64,000 nucleotides of DNA. It comes from Squalus acanthias (Eukaryota). Made by a program: the position numbers and the translations under genes. The notes beneath the pieces are model-generated. The model made no database searches. It was not told the origin of the DNA and was given only the letters and a program-made list of their open reading frames with translations. This document shows, one piece after another, positions 12,629 through 26,955 of the stretch. The stretch covers positions 90,086,001-90,150,000 of the forward strand of contig CM059433.1 of the NCBI GenBank assembly GCA_030390025.1. The letters are read 5' to 3'. How positions within the stretch are numbered: the first letter of the stretch is position 1; every line of letters begins with the position of its first letter.

Positions 12629-13102
12629 AGCATGAAGGGGCAGCAGCATATTCATTTGCCGACAGGGCTATATTTATTCGAGAAATGTTTTGGTAGCTCT
12701 ATGGCCCAGTGTCTCTTTCTTATCGGAAGAAAGCAGAATAAACTAAAACTGGGAGGTCTTTGAAAGTCCACTTAGTGGTCTTGTCAAGTTTATATCACTT
12801 CAGATTTAGTATCAACCCAGTTACAAGGCAATACCAAGCCAGTGCTGAGTTTTCCAGGCTCAGTTGCCTACTGAGTGGCATCAGGGATAGGTCTGGATTT
12901 CAGTGGAGCCACTTGCTGATGAGTTCTGTCACTGGTATCTCCTAGCTTTGTACGGAGACATGAAATAGTAGATCTCCTGGGGAGGGGAAAAGGAAATGAT
13001 CATTCAAATATCTTTTACCAGAAGCTAGATTTATTTACAGTGCTTTCACATTACCTAGCTGGAGAAATAATTTATACTGAATGTACTCCTTCTACCAAAG
13101 TG

Positions 13103-13506
13103 GCAGCCTTATCTCAGTGGTAGCACTCTAACCTCTAAGTCAATAGGCTGTAGGTTCAAGCGCCACTCGAGAGACTTGAGCACCTAATCTCGGTTGACAC
13201 TTCAGTGCAGTACTGAGGGAGTGCTGCCCTGCCAGAGGTGTTCTCTTTCAAATGAGACGTTAAACCGAGGACCTGTCTGTCTGCTCAGGTGGTTTTAAAA
13301 GATGTCATGGTACTATCTGAAGAAGAGCAGAGGAGTTCTCCCTGAGAGTCCTGGCTGAGATGTATCCCTCAACATTACTAAAACAGATGATCTGGTTATT
13401 TATCTCATTGTGTGCAAATTGTCTGCTGGGTTTCCCTACATTACAACAATGACTACACTTCAAAAGTACTTCATGAACTGTGAACTGATTTGGGATGTTG
13501 TGAAAG
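13103..13506 (+). mobile_element. Deu-domain SINE
   Basis: Collinear with 1586-2153, with head and Deu core and a truncated tail. Confidence 0.9.
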
Positions 13507-13587
13507 AACCCGCCCCCTCCCACACCACATCTGGTCAGCTTGACTTCATAGTCACTGACTTCATCTTGTACCTACTGTTAAAGACCT

Positions 13588-13722
13588 GGGAGTAGATCTT
13601 GACTTTGTGCGATCTTGACTTTCCGTTGACTTCAATGGAAATAAAAATGGGGAGAGATGTAAAGCGGGCTGCCGATTCGCTATCACCCATTTTACACTAT
13701 CGCTCAATTCAAAGACCTACCA
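13588..13722. mobile_element. Short palindromic MITE, internally deleted copy of the 39314 family
   Basis: Shares GGGCTGCCGATTCGCTATCACCCATTTTACAC and the TTGACTTCAATGG centre with 39314-39495, about 27830-27960 and about 45600-45670. Confidence 0.6.
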
Positions 13723-14029
13723 CCTGGTGTCTTTATTTGTGAATTTCTTGTTTGTTGACAAACATTTCTCACATCCAGAGATTGGTACTGACAGAGCCGT
13801 CAGCTTAGTAATATCTGAGCTGCTGACAGTCAAATCGAGACTGACACTACTCTTTACGACAAACATCACTTTAACAATGTTGACTGAAGGATCTTCATCA
13901 CATCCTGTTTATATGAAGATCCCACAAGTGACAAGCTGTCCCAGTGGCTTGTCACATGCGACACTAGAGAACAGTAAGATGCCACTTCCTGATTACGGTT
14001 TCCTACCAAATGGCTTTTGATTCGAATAG

Positions 14030-14275
14030 TGAAGGAGTGGGGGGAGCGGTGAGGCAGGAGGGGGCAGGGGAAGGGCCTGTTCAGAGAGCAGAGGGAGGAG
14101 ATGTGGGGGGGGGGGGAGGGAAGAGAGGGAGAAGAGGGGAGAGGGAAAAGGAAGAGATGAAGGGGGGAGAGTGGGAGGGAAAAGGGAAAATGAGAGAGAG
14201 AGAGAGGGGAGAGGACGGGAGTGGGGACGAAGGGAAGTGAAGGAGGACTAGGGAGAAAGTGAGAGGTTGGGGCTT
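14030..14275. repeat. Purine-rich low-complexity tract
   Basis: About 240 bp of nearly pure G/A with many G-runs. Confidence 0.85.
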
Positions 14276-17200
14276 GCTAAGGTAGGCACACAACTTCAGT
14301 GGGAGGGCAGCAAACTATATCAATGGAGGAACCTGCTCAGTTAGTGAGTGGGCTGGGGAAAGACTGCTGTACCATGGACTGGTTTGGCTGTTTAGTGGCG
14401 GGGGTGTAGAACAGTGCCAGGGATGGTTTTTCTCTTCAGGGGTGCAGGTTGCAGGGCGGGTTTTGTTGCTTGGTGTTCCCCCTCACCCCAAATTAAAGAA
14501 ATATTAAAAGTAATATTTATCTGCTACATATTCTGGGTGGCCAGAGACAGGGAGAGAGGCCTAGAAGGGGAAAACATTTTTATAAATATTTTAACAGGAT
14601 TTTAAGAAGCATGTAAAATAAGTTACTAAGATATTAAAATAAATAGTTAAAATTTCAGCACCAATCGTGTGTAACACAAGTCTGGGTGATAGGCAAGGTG
14701 CGACATTGAACATTGAAAACTCCCATTACAGGGCCACCTACATGCATAACTGGTACTGCAGATAGTATAATGGGTTTGCCCATAGGGGCAGGGTTTCCAT
14801 GAAACTTTTCGATGAAACGCTCGCCCCACATACCAAAATTATGGAGTACTTACTAATTAATAAAGTCAACATTATCAGGTGCATTTGCTGAGGTGAGGCT
14901 CCCGACACAGACCAGGAAAACGCGGTGAGCACAATTCATGGCATTCCTAGTTTTCTGGTGACTGGGAACATGGATTGGAAAATCAAATATGGAGGTCAGC
15001 ACTGGGCGTGTGACTTCACAAAACCGGCCATTTTATATGAACATATTTCCAAAAGGAACAACAGTGCTGTTCTGTGCATTATAATGTAATATCTCCCTTT
15101 TCTGACTGAGTGGCGGAGGAGAGTGACCGACGATTCCAAAAATAATAAACTCTTGCTACATATGCTCATTCCCCCTTCCCCTACATTATCAAAACGGTAA
15201 ACCAAACAACTAGGCCGCAAAACTAAGATGTTAAAATTAAGATGTTTTCTGACAGCTGTTTCATAACTTCAACATCACACATCGCTACTTTCAGGGACCC
15301 ACCACTAGAGCAGCCACTCCTTCTGAGCGCTTCTGTCTGAAACGCTCAGACCGAGTGGCTAGTCAACGCATGCTTGAACTCTCAATTAATGCATGGAGCA
15401 CTCTCAATTAAGATCGTCTTGGGCTGAATTTTTTTCCCCCTCACCTGCCCAGGGCCACTGAGGCTAATTATACCACATCTGCCACTGCCCCAGCTGCAAT
15501 CAGCGACTCTACGGCCGATCGAGGATCAAACCTGGGGACCATCCTGGCCTGTTGGTTCAATTGCAAACTGCCCACGCCAACTGAGCTATCAAAGAGCTTT
15601 ATTCCCACTATTAAATGGCACATATGCCACGAGTGTTCTGTTTGCTTCCACTGCTGCGTCAAGAAATTCTGCTCTAATGCAGAATCAATGGGAGAGCGGA
15701 GTGTGGCAGACATGCAGAACAATGCACAGCTGTTGATTAAAAAGAAGCCCAACAAGATAGAAACGTCTCGTACATTAAATATAAAACAGCAAGAAGGAGG
15801 CACTTCAACAAGAAGATATTTGAGGCTGATGTGCTCCAGTCTTGTGTTGTTAAATTGATTTATCTCTGTTTAAATAAATTCCCTGTTGTATATATTCATG
15901 GCACTAGATAGATATTGATTGTTGCTACCTATTGTACCTTTACTTTTCTGTTAGCAGTTTGTTTTTAGTGACAATGCAATTAACTGTAGCATCAGAGATG
16001 AGGGCTTTTGTGAAAGGTCACTAAAAATGAATAAACTCTTTTGCAACAGCTGCCTCTTCATGACGTGAAAAAGTGCCATTTGCACAGCTATTATTCAAAA
16101 CTGGAAGAGCCCAGACTGCAGCAGATTAGGGGATTAAAGAAAAGAAATGTTTGAGGTACTGGCTTTAGTGTGTAAAAAAGAAACTGAGCAGGGCAGTGTA
16201 TAATGGTTTGAGAAAATCAGGGACACCTTGAACAAAATGAGAGGGAGACGGCCTTCCCGTCCCACTGGGAATACCACAGTAATCCAGCCAGGAGGTGATT
16301 TTGTTTTTAGTTCATTTTACCCTTTTGAAGAATGGTGCAGGTTGCTAATGGTCTTTAGAAGAGAGCTTTGCTTCACTTACCCTTTTTTATTGTCCTTTAT
16401 TTTTTCCCCCCTAAGGAAATCACTTAATGTTGAAGCTGGTTTTCTCCCACCGCCCCCACACTTTCTGACAATCTTCGATGAGTTGGTTAATGCGTATTTG
16501 AAATAGAGAAATGTTGAAAGCGCATTCCATGTAAATACGCAACACTGTTGAATCTCTTCATTTACCCCCATGTAAAGTTGAAATGTACAGTTAACTGTGT
16601 ATATTGTAAAAATTAATACAACATTTGATAAAACTTAAATTTAAAAACAATGAAACAGCTCGTGCCAAACTGCCTACTTGCTTAATTACTATGGTCCTTC
16701 AGTACAAAATTCTTTTATACACCATGCCTGCTGATATACCACATTCTTTACTGGGAAGGGGTTTTACACAGGAACTACAAGTCTGCAGCAACATCACTTA
16801 CATAACCCATTACTTTGCCAAACATGTGTCCATAATAAAAGGAACACAGAGCCTTCTCACTAAAGGAGTAAGTTACATTTGAGAACACTCACAGTAGTTC
16901 AACGGGCATAAGAGTATAACGAAAGGAATAACTGTATTGACTGGAGATCTCTTTTAAATTACATTTGGTTCACTTGTTCTTTTACACACATCTCTATTTC
17001 CCTTCCCGTAATCCCAAGCTCCAACGTCTCTGAATGTTAACAAGTACTTCCTATTGAAACCCCTGGAAAAAATTCTGTCAGACAGCACCTTCTGAGCAGC
17101 TACTATGTAAATACAAAACCTCTTTTAATGGTGGTTGGTCTCTATTGTGAATGGTATGTATAAACAGGTTACTTTTCTGAGAGCACCAGCAATACAGTTT

Positions 17201-18212
17201 GATGGACACTGAGGGAATCACTCACAGAGCCACTTACAGCTTTCGTAACTGGTGGCCCACTTTCACTGAACATCTCTCCGTGCTTTTAGCAGGGACTTTT
17301 CATATTTCCTCCTGTTTTATGTTTCATGTGCCACTGTCAAAAAGTCCTGTGGATAATTTTCCTTGTGCTGGCACCACAGCAGCCCTCTTTCATCTTCCTC
17401 ACTCACACCCATCTCCCCAGGCATAATTACCAAGGGCAATGCAAAAGGGGAGGAAAAGCCACACGGATTCCATAATTAGTCAATGGAATATGCACCAACA
17501 TATCATTGAACTAACACCTCATATTTCATACTTTTATATTTTTATATGCAGCAACTCATGTACACCAGCTTGATAGATACAGGACACAGATTGGGATTTG
17601 CAAAATACGAGGCGCTATGTAAAAAGATAAGACTCAGAATTTAAATAGCTTTGTGTCCCACTGGATTGAAATTTTTTCTGCCCTTTATCTGCAGCAAATT
17701 GATTTGCAAAGAATTCACATCAAATCAGTAGAGACAGGAATAAATAGTTCGTCAAATGTACAAAGCTACTTGCGTATTTGGAAATCATTATAGAAATAAC
17801 CTTAGTATTGATTATTAGTATTTTTAAATGCAGAATAAATTCTTGAAGTTAGTTAAAAAAAAATTAAAATGAAAAAAAAAACACTCACCAGCGTCATTGT
17901 AATAACATCCCAGCACTTCTCTGGATATCAAGAAATGTGACTGGAATTAGCTGATGTTAGGAATTATTACTGAGTTTTTAATGACACTGTTATTGCTTGC
18001 TATTTTTTAACTTTAGGAAATTAAATGTGGTGGGAATGGAGTTTAAACCTCTGCCCTGGTAGAAATGGAATTCTAGATGACATTGGCGTTGCTCAGACAT
18101 TAATAACCACTGCAATCCTATAAAACGTTCAATTTCACTGGAAATTTCCTAATCTGTGAAGAATATCAAAGAAACATCCTTTATTGGATGCAGGTGGGAG
18201 AGGGAAAGAAAA

Positions 18213-18480
18213 ATAAAACTTGTATTTATATAGCACCTTATCACGTCCTCAGAATGTCTCGAAGTGCTTTTACTCTTGAAATGCACTGGGTAAACATGGC
18301 AAGGAACTGCACACAGCAAAGGCTCACAGACAGCAAATAATCTGGGGTTTTTTGTGGTTTTGGCTGAGGGAGGAACATTCGCCAGTACACTGGGTAAACC
18401 TCTTGCTCTTCTTTAAGTCGTGCCATGGGGTCTTTTACATCCTCCTAAGCAGACACCTCTAATGTCTCATCTAAATGATG
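18213..18480 (-). mobile_element. Degraded Deu-domain SINE
   Basis: ACTTGTATTTATATAGCACC tail and GTGCCATGGGGTCTTTTACATCC core in reverse. Confidence 0.7.
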
Positions 18481-19399
18481 GGGAGAACAAAGCACTTCTA
18501 AAAAGCCTTTCATAAAGTTCCTCAGCAAAAGCTGTTTTTGCAATCAGTAGGAATTCAAGGTAAAACTAGGGTGTGAATAAGGAATTGGTGAAGGAAAGAG
18601 AACAGTTAGTTGTTAGGGGAGTGATGTCAGGGTGGGGGGAAAGTACTGAGTGACATTCTATAGGATGGGGGCAGGGTCCCTACTGTTCCTAAATATGTGA
18701 ATGGATTCAGAAACCCAATGCAAACTAGTCAAATTCATGTGCCCAGGTAACAGAGAATCCGCTGTAGTTTATTTCAGCTTCTGATTTTATCACTTGATCT
18801 TGTGTGATCTTTCTTGTCTTTGGAACGTGGCAGAATAACACCACACTAGAGTTCGACTAAGGCTTTAACTGTCAGACAAATTTACTGATGCCTGGCCCCT
18901 GTCAGAATAGAATCGACCAGCTACTGGAAAGTAGCTGATGGATTCTTAATTTTGAAAGCTGTGACTGTAAATGCGTACAGCCCTGAATTAAATAATATTA
19001 ACTCCTTCATTTTGTCTATGCATCGAATATCAGAACATTTCCAGATTAGTCACATAGCTTTGTGTAAAGTAATTTATGACGAACGGGAATTGTAGTCATT
19101 AGATTGGGCTAAGTCTGTGAAAGGGACAGGTGAGGACATACAGTATTCCAGTTTTCTTAGCTTAGTCCACTGCAGATGACAAATCAGGAGTATTTAATAT
19201 GTGCAGCCCCAATAAGACGACAACAACAGGAAAGTGTGCCAGGAAGAAGTGGCTTTCCTTCAAGAAATATTCAAGTGATGAATGCTTTTCATTTTTTAAA
19301 AACAATTTAGTTGTTTACCAGGCCATTAGATAGCTACCCATACTCATTTACAATTGACAAAAGTTCCACATGAAAGGCTATGAGCTAAACATGAAGCAG

Positions 19400-21135
19400 T
19401 AAGTAACCTTGTGAATCGGTAACAAATTGGTGGAAGGGTGGCAGGGGTTAAGATGAGTTATTTCGGGGTGATAGGAAGGACTGAATGAGCTGCCCAAAGC
19501 TGGGATCACCACTGTTTCTAATTTATATAAATTACCTAGACTCAAGAACTCAATGCAAATTGTTCAATTTTGTAGATAATATGAATGTAGGAGGGGCAGT
19601 AGAACTGGAGAAGGCAGCTTAGAAATTAGTGAATGGGTTGGCTGAAATATATATGTAGGCAGAACGATGGCAGATGAAATTTAATGGAGTCAAGGTCAAG
19701 TGTACAGTATTACAGGTGGGAGGAAAAAGTGGTTGACACACATACTCCATGAATGCTGGCTGAAATAGCAAAGGTTGAAGCGGAAAGAGTCCTTAGAGTC
19801 TTAGTAGACTAAACACTCAACATGTCGAACCAAAGCAGAGTGACAATCAACAAAGTTGATAGAATGTTGAGCTATATAGCCAAAACAATAGAATACAAGT
19901 CAGAGTAAGTCATGACCAAGCGGTCCAGTGCTTTCATCAGACCACATTATGAGTACTGTGTTTAATTCTGGTCATCAAGAACCAAAGGACACATTCAAGT
20001 TCTGGAGGCAGTGCAGAGAAGAACCACAAGATTGATTCCTGGGGGGAGAAATTGGGTTGATTTGCGCCTCTCGTTAGCACCCCCGGGGGGCGCTAACGGG
20101 GCGCAAATCCCCTAGCGCCCGGGTGCGGTGCCGCTAACGCCTCCCGCGAAATTCAGCAGGGGGCGTTACCGGTTACCGCTAACCTCCCACTGAATTTCGC
20201 GGGAGGCGTTGGCGGCAGCAGTAGCACCTCGCGGCGCTGCGCCGCCGGTGATGATGTCATCGCCGTGCGCAGCGCCCCAGCCACAGACTTCCCTTGCGCC
20301 CCCTGACCTATCGCCGGGCGATATGTCCGACAGGGTCAGGGGTTGTTTTTGCAGCGGCGGCGGTAGTAAAAGAGGCAGGTGTCAGGCGGCCATTTCTTTT
20401 GGCCCGACTGCCAGCACCTGCCCCCTTCCCCTTTTTCTCTTGGGGTGCCGGCCGCGATCGCTCAGCCCGAGTGCCGGGCTGTTTTCACGGCACCCCGCTC
20501 CCCGGTGGTTCAGCAGGGTCCCGGTACACGCAGCGTTAGTCCCCTCCCCTTTAAATCAGGGGAGATGGCCTGCAATGACGCAGTGCTACGTGCCGACGCA
20601 CGTGGCGCTGTTGATAGTAATGCCGCAATCTTCAGTTGTAGTGCCCCAAGAAGGAGGTGGAGCGCGTCCAGTAGCGCCCCACCTCCTGCTTGGGGTGCTA
20701 CTACTGAATTTCCGGCAGAGGGGCACTAACTTTTTCGCAAAGGGGCGCCACCCAATTTTTCCCCCCTAGTGTCAGGGATCTGTGCTACGAGGAAAGATTG
20801 GAGAGACTTGGGCTTTTCAGCCTAGAAAGGAGGCACCAGAGGTATATAAGATAGGTTTGAAAATAGTGAAAGCTAACCCAGAGTATCACTTTAAATTAAA
20901 CTGTAGGAGTAGGGCAAAGGCATGCACATTCAAAGTAGGATGAAGTTAAATTTTGGACTGATATCAGGAAGTAGTTCTTCACATATACAATGATTGGAAT
21001 ATATTTCCAGATATAGTAATGGAGGTGAAAACTCTGCATTCATTTAAAATAATTGGATACTGCACTTGAGGGACCGTAGGGCCTTTCTGTATGGATGAAT
21101 TAAGATGGGCTGAATGGCCTTCCGCACCTGTAATT
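19400..21135 (+). mobile_element. Old degraded CR1 LINE interrupted by a MITE
   Basis: Remnants such as CAGACCACATTATGAGTACTGTGTTTAATTCTGGTCA (RPHxEYCVxFWS) and 3' tail GATGGGCTGAATGGCCT. The sequence continues across 20042-20765. Confidence 0.75.
20042..20765. mobile_element. Harbinger-like MITE family A
   Basis: TIR GGGGGAGAAATTGGGT / ACCCAATTTTTCCCCC with flanks CTG/CTA (1 mismatch). Splits a CR1. Confidence 0.85.
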
Positions 21136-24100
21136 GATATCAGGCAGTGCATTTAGCTACCAAGCTATATGCGAAATGACCCATGGTCATTTAGGAAAAG
21201 TAGCAGCATCGATTTAATTTGTAAAATTCTGGTAATACAGTTCATTGGCGACTTGTATGAAGTCTGTTATCTGCTGGTTCTTTTTTTATTTTGTACAACT
21301 AGCTGTGACCTGAAAACGCAGACTGCTTTGACAGCAGCAAGATGTCTTGTTGCATTTATATTCAGAAGAGGTAAGGGAAGATGATAACACGACAAACAAT
21401 GAGCTAAGAAAAAAATTCTCTCTAGAAAATGCATCGGCACTCATTATTATAACATACAGTTCTGAGCTACAAGGTTAGACATTGTTCTGCTTAAGGACAC
21501 CTTGGCCTGGTCGCCTTTCGCACTACAATAGAAAGCAGCATCTTCTGATTCTTTCTTTCTCTATTCTTCTTAAGTTGCATCTGAAAGTCTATAGGGAGAC
21601 GGGCTGTAAGTAGTTCAGAGCTCAGTCAGTCTGCAGTAGCTCGAGCCAACACAAGAAGTGGTGTCATTTTCAGACAGAGAAAAAAAAAATCACAAAAATT
21701 TGTGATTTGCCAGGGTATTCATTTTCAGGCTTGAGGCGCTCAGTTCAAAGTGGCCTGATGCAAAATCAATCACAGCCCCAAATCCCAATTTTTTTTTCTT
21801 TCTTGCAGTACCTCACACCATCATTTTCCAGCATTTCCAAATAGCACTTGCCAGCGTGTCGCAGAACTCCATGTGGTTAGTGTGACCATACATCAGTGAA
21901 GTCGTGTAGATAGTCTGATCATTGGTTTTCAAAACTATCTGGTTCATGCCATCACTAGTTAGTGGGATCATGTGTTAACTAGTTCGTAGGATTGTTAAGA
22001 TCATGTGATCACTAGTTGTTGGAGTAATTTGGTTAACAAATCCTTCAGATTTCTGCCATTGGTGGATACGTGTAATCATCGCTTAGTAAATAGTTTAATA
22101 GTGTGATAATTTTCAGAAGAATCAAATAATAGAATTATGTTAACAGGAGCAATTCAACTAACTTTGTACATGAAACAAGGTCATGAAGCTTTGTCTTCTT
22201 TGTCTGCAGTGAAGAGAAGTATGAGCCTCTTAATAAGCAGATTTTGAAACTTGTATTTTCCATTGAACCAACTGAAAATGTGGATTTAAGGGCACATTTA
22301 AAGGGAAACATTATGGTTTGCAGGAGTGTTGGACAGTCTCAGTTCCTGGACTAGCCAGCCACAGCCTGATCTGAAAGCTCATTTTCACATTGGCTGCAGG
22401 CTGGAGAAACTTGGTATCAATTTTAACTTGACAAAAATCGGCATTAACGAGGCGGGAACAGCCTCAGAATGGGGCTGGTAGATTTACTGCCCCATTAATG
22501 CCGACGCACCAGCCTGTTTCAAGCTGTAGGCCCCTTTTAATATACCAATCAGGGTCCTATGACGTACCTAAGACCTCGATTGTCATTTTAGGATAGAACT
22601 GGTTGGGGCATGCTAAACAGGCCCCAAATAGGTAAGCTTTAAATTATTTTAGCTGGGCCAGGAGAAGCAGGATTGCTCCTTTGGGCCCTACGAAAATAAT
22701 GTGAGCCTCTGCCACCCTGGGAACCAGCTACCACCGCACTCACGATACCCTTCGCCAAGACTTCAATACAGAGAAACGTCACAAGGCACTTTACAGAGGA
22801 GTAAGGGGATAAAAGCACGTTTTCAGAAACGGTTCAGTTGTCTAAATGTTTATTGACAAGCTCCTGTAAAAAGGGCAGGGTGTGTAGAACATGATTGACT
22901 CTTAACTGCCATCTCAGTGGCCTAGGAAGCCACTCAGTTGTATCAAGCCACTGCACCACAGCAGTTCAAGAAGAAGGCCCACCAACACCTTCTCAGAGCA
23001 ACTAGGGATTGGCAATGCTAAATAATTATCAAACAATACTAAAAACAGTGTTTACATTTTATATTCACCAATGGCAATGAGATTGGCCATTGAAAGCAGC
23101 ACAGAAGTGGTTCAAGGTGCATCAGCCTCTGGTTTTCCTCCCCCCTCTCTCTCACTCTCTGTATGAGGAGCCTGTCCTTCGCTGCCTCCCTCTGATAGCA
23201 GAAGCTTGCCATGTGGAGGGGATAAATCTACTTCCAGCAGTGGATAGTGCTGGCTATATTACTGGATGCTGCAGACACCTGTAGAAATATACCCCAGCAA
23301 GAGTCAGCACTTTAGAAGGGGAGGGCAGCAAAGGTAAAACAATTTGCATGAAAATAATTTCTTTAAAAATGAATTTGTTGCACAAGCCTTTACTTGAACT
23401 GGTTGCCTTCCAGTTTGGGGCAAGATTTCCTCTGATCTCTATTTATACTTACTTCCTTTATTGACCCTTTGCGCACAAAGCAGTTTCACTTTGCTTGGAG
23501 CGCTAATATTCTATTTCATGACCACACTGCATGCAGTGCACATCATTTGATGATAGATTATCTATACACCATCCATACTTCTTTTAGATGAGTTTTCTTA
23601 TCAGTGAAGGAGGCTTCAATGAGACATGTTATAGCAGAATCAGATTGTTAAATCAGGCAGAGTGAGGGGGTATCTGTGAAATATGTATTTTGAACATATC
23701 AAACACAAGTCCAGGTGGGCCTGGTAAGCTGGAACTATGCTTCCCTGAGATACTGGATTAACAATCACTATGTTGACAGGATGTCCTTTTTCACACACTG
23801 CACACTCTATTTTATGTTACAATACTGTAATCCTACAGCAAGCTGGATGAACTACATTTTTATCTAAGGTGTGTTCAAAAAAAAATCTATTGTGTGTGTT
23901 TGAAAGGATGGGACATACCAGCCTTCGAGATACCTATTTTCTCCACCTTCCCGATTTTAATCTCCCCATGCCAAGTATCAACCTTACCCAAGAGCATGGG
24001 CAGATGACATGATTCCTGGCCTCTGTAACTGGCCAGTACACAATGGTAGAGACTGGCCTGTAGTGATTCTCACTTTAACATTGCCCCTCTCCTAGAGTGA

Positions 24101-25901
24101 CAGTGCCTGCCCTCCACTCAGTGCCTCCCTCCATAGCATGGCAGAGATTGGTAACTCAAGATAATGCTGGGCTGCAGATACTACTTACAACTCTATGGCC
24201 CAGTTACATTTACCTTAAAAAAATTTGGTATGTTGACATGATCTTTAAACATGAATGGAAATCAGAGCAGAAAAGATGACGACATTTTTGCTACATTGCT
24301 AGACGGTGTTACCTCCAACCTATCCTAGAAGTTTAGTGTAATCAAATGAATATTAGATTGCTCTATCCCTGATCAGAGACAGAGTTAGATTGGAACGAGG
24401 ACAGTTAAAACAAATGATACCTACAACAGAAACAAATAGTGGTAATGGCAGTAGCAAAGAGGGTTTTGGGAGGAGGAAGGAAATATATACCTTCAAAACC
24501 AAATCTGCACACCACTCCAATTAAATTAACTGTGCATTTGAACAGATCACAATCTGCTGCAGACAAATGCCTCATTCAGTGAACTGCCTCGGCTTTACAA
24601 AGATTAGCAGCTATTACAGAATGTCACTGAATGGTCCCATATTTTCATCAGCAGTGCTCTGCGCTGCTTTTGGGCTTTTTGGCAAACAACCGAACTCTAT
24701 GTTGCCATAGTTAATCATCTTTACTGGGTAAATATGCTCACAGTAGACTGCAGTCAGGGACTTGCTGAATAATGAAATGAGCAGTGTTAATAAGCCAATC
24801 TAACACTCCATTTACATTGCAAAACTGCCTCTGCTTCAAGAGGTTCTGTACTATGCACTGACTGCTAGCACTCTCATTTCACCCCATTTGCAGTGCAGGG
24901 TAGAATCCAGAGCATCAGCGGAGGCTGAGAAACAACTGCAATCATGGGTTTATATATGTTTTCAGACTGTGAACCATTCCCAATGTCAGAGGACGGTGTA
25001 CATCAACCAACAATGTGAAAAGAGCGCTGTTGACCTATGCATGCTGGCTGGGAGCTTAGTCAACTGTGGGCCAGAAACAAAATGGTGGCTTACAGCGTCC
25101 ATTGCTGCAGCCATTTATGTTTCCAGTCACTGTTGCCTCTAGGAGAGCCACAGAAAACCACCTCCAGAGTGGTTCTTCGTCATCTGGCAGCAGCAATTCT
25201 GTCTCATTCACATTGCAGTGCTGATACTGTAGCAAGGGCAGCTTTCAGCAAAGTGTTTTAGTGTCAATGAATGGAATATGTAACGGGTCTGTCTGCTCCC
25301 TATGTCACTCAGTGGTCAGCTCAACTACACCAATGGCATTCAGTGGCAAGCCGGATGAATGGAAATAAAATAATCACCTCAAATTCCAGCTGACTCTGAG
25401 ACAGGGAAAGAGTTAACATCAAAGAATAACATTTTTCTAACATCACTGTGGGAAAATAATAGTAAAACAAAAAATAAATTGCTATAGATATAACATCAAA
25501 GTAACGAAGAAGCTTCAACTGAATTTTGGGGATTTAAAAGTATTCATTCAAATGACTTTCTTTCCAGTTTAAATTGACTACAAGTTGTGTAAGCGGAGTA
25601 TATCATGAGCGGGAATGTGATATTTTCACTCGTGAGCCTGGCAATAACCCAAATCCTAACATCATTATGCATAAGTTATCTAGTCAGGATCACTGGTGAA
25701 GATATTTATCATATCACAGTCCCAGTATGACTGATCATCTATTTACAATATGGGCTACACTATTATGTCACAGAGATAACAAAAGACATGAGGAGTGAGG
25801 TGAAATTCCTCCCATTGATAATTTTGCTGAAACAAATAAGTGTGATACAAAATGGGACAGACAGACAGACAAAATATAAGTAGGCAGGTGCCAGATGTCA
25901 C

Positions 25902-26094
25902 AGGGGTAATTTTCTGACTTGGCACTCTTGATAGGGAGCTTTGACCAGGCAGCTCATATCGGAAATTTGGGCATGATCCTTTGACCCGCTGGTTTGGTTG
26001 GAAAATCATGTGCAGCCCATGCCCAAATTTACAATATGGGCTGCTGGAAGGAAAGGCTTCCTGCTAGAAGCATGAAGATTGAAAATTATCCCCC
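25902..26094. mobile_element. Short MITE
   Basis: Ends GGGGTAATTTTC / GAAAATTATCCCC. Confidence 0.55.
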
Positions 26095-26955
26095 CTAAAT
26101 CTCTTTAGTTTCAGAGACATTCAAGTAATAAAGACAAGGTAACATGGCTTTCTATAGGTCTGAAAGTCTACATTACATGTTACGCTCGCTGCTTAAAAAG
26201 AGATGTATCATGGGAACTTCTCAAATCAAAGAACAGGAAGTATTTAATTAAGCTACTAATTCTATGAATTGTCCCTTTCATTCAGTCATTCGTTCACCAA
26301 CTTACATGGATGCACATGTACAGCAAAATAATTTCACACATTTTTTGGTTAAATCCTGCACATGCACTTAAAACCATCTCAAACGATGAAATTGTTGCAA
26401 ATATTTCTTGCTTACCACAATTTTTTTTACATTTTCTCTTTCTTTGAGGACCTGTCTGGATAATGCAATTTTCATGCTTAATGCCTTTCCTGCGGACTTT
26501 TCTATTTTCTAAGATTTTTTTTAAATCACAGTTATGCTGACAATGTGATGAGCAATGAACTGCCGTCCACACAAGTCATTTGCATGAGATCCGAGGCAGA
26601 AGAAAGCGTAAATTAGCCTTTATTCTGGAATAAATCAAGCGGGTTACAGGTTCTGCCGAGCCCTCCCCGCATTGCCACTGAGACTAATCAGCAGGAGAAA
26701 GAGCCCGTCTCCTGCCGATGGTGTTATCTGTTCATTCACCACACACTCTTCCTTCCCCTCATGCTGACAGAAACAGCTGGACTGGGTGACGGTGTCAGAC
26801 CAGCTGTTGGCACTGTCAGCCTTCTTTGAAACTGTTTCAATATTTTTTTAAAAGAGGATACTCTTTTGACACCCAAGGGTAAGTTTGATCTCTCTGCTAA
26901 ATCTCGTAGGCACATAGATCAGCAGAAGTTTTTAAATCCCCGGTCTCTGACAATG

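Noticed and set aside
20209-20769. 186-aa ORF (and similar ORFs at 2796-3133, 30957-31549, 55926-56345)
   Set aside because: They lie inside GC-rich MITEs where stops are rare, show no recognisable domain, and the frames are not preserved between paralogous copies.
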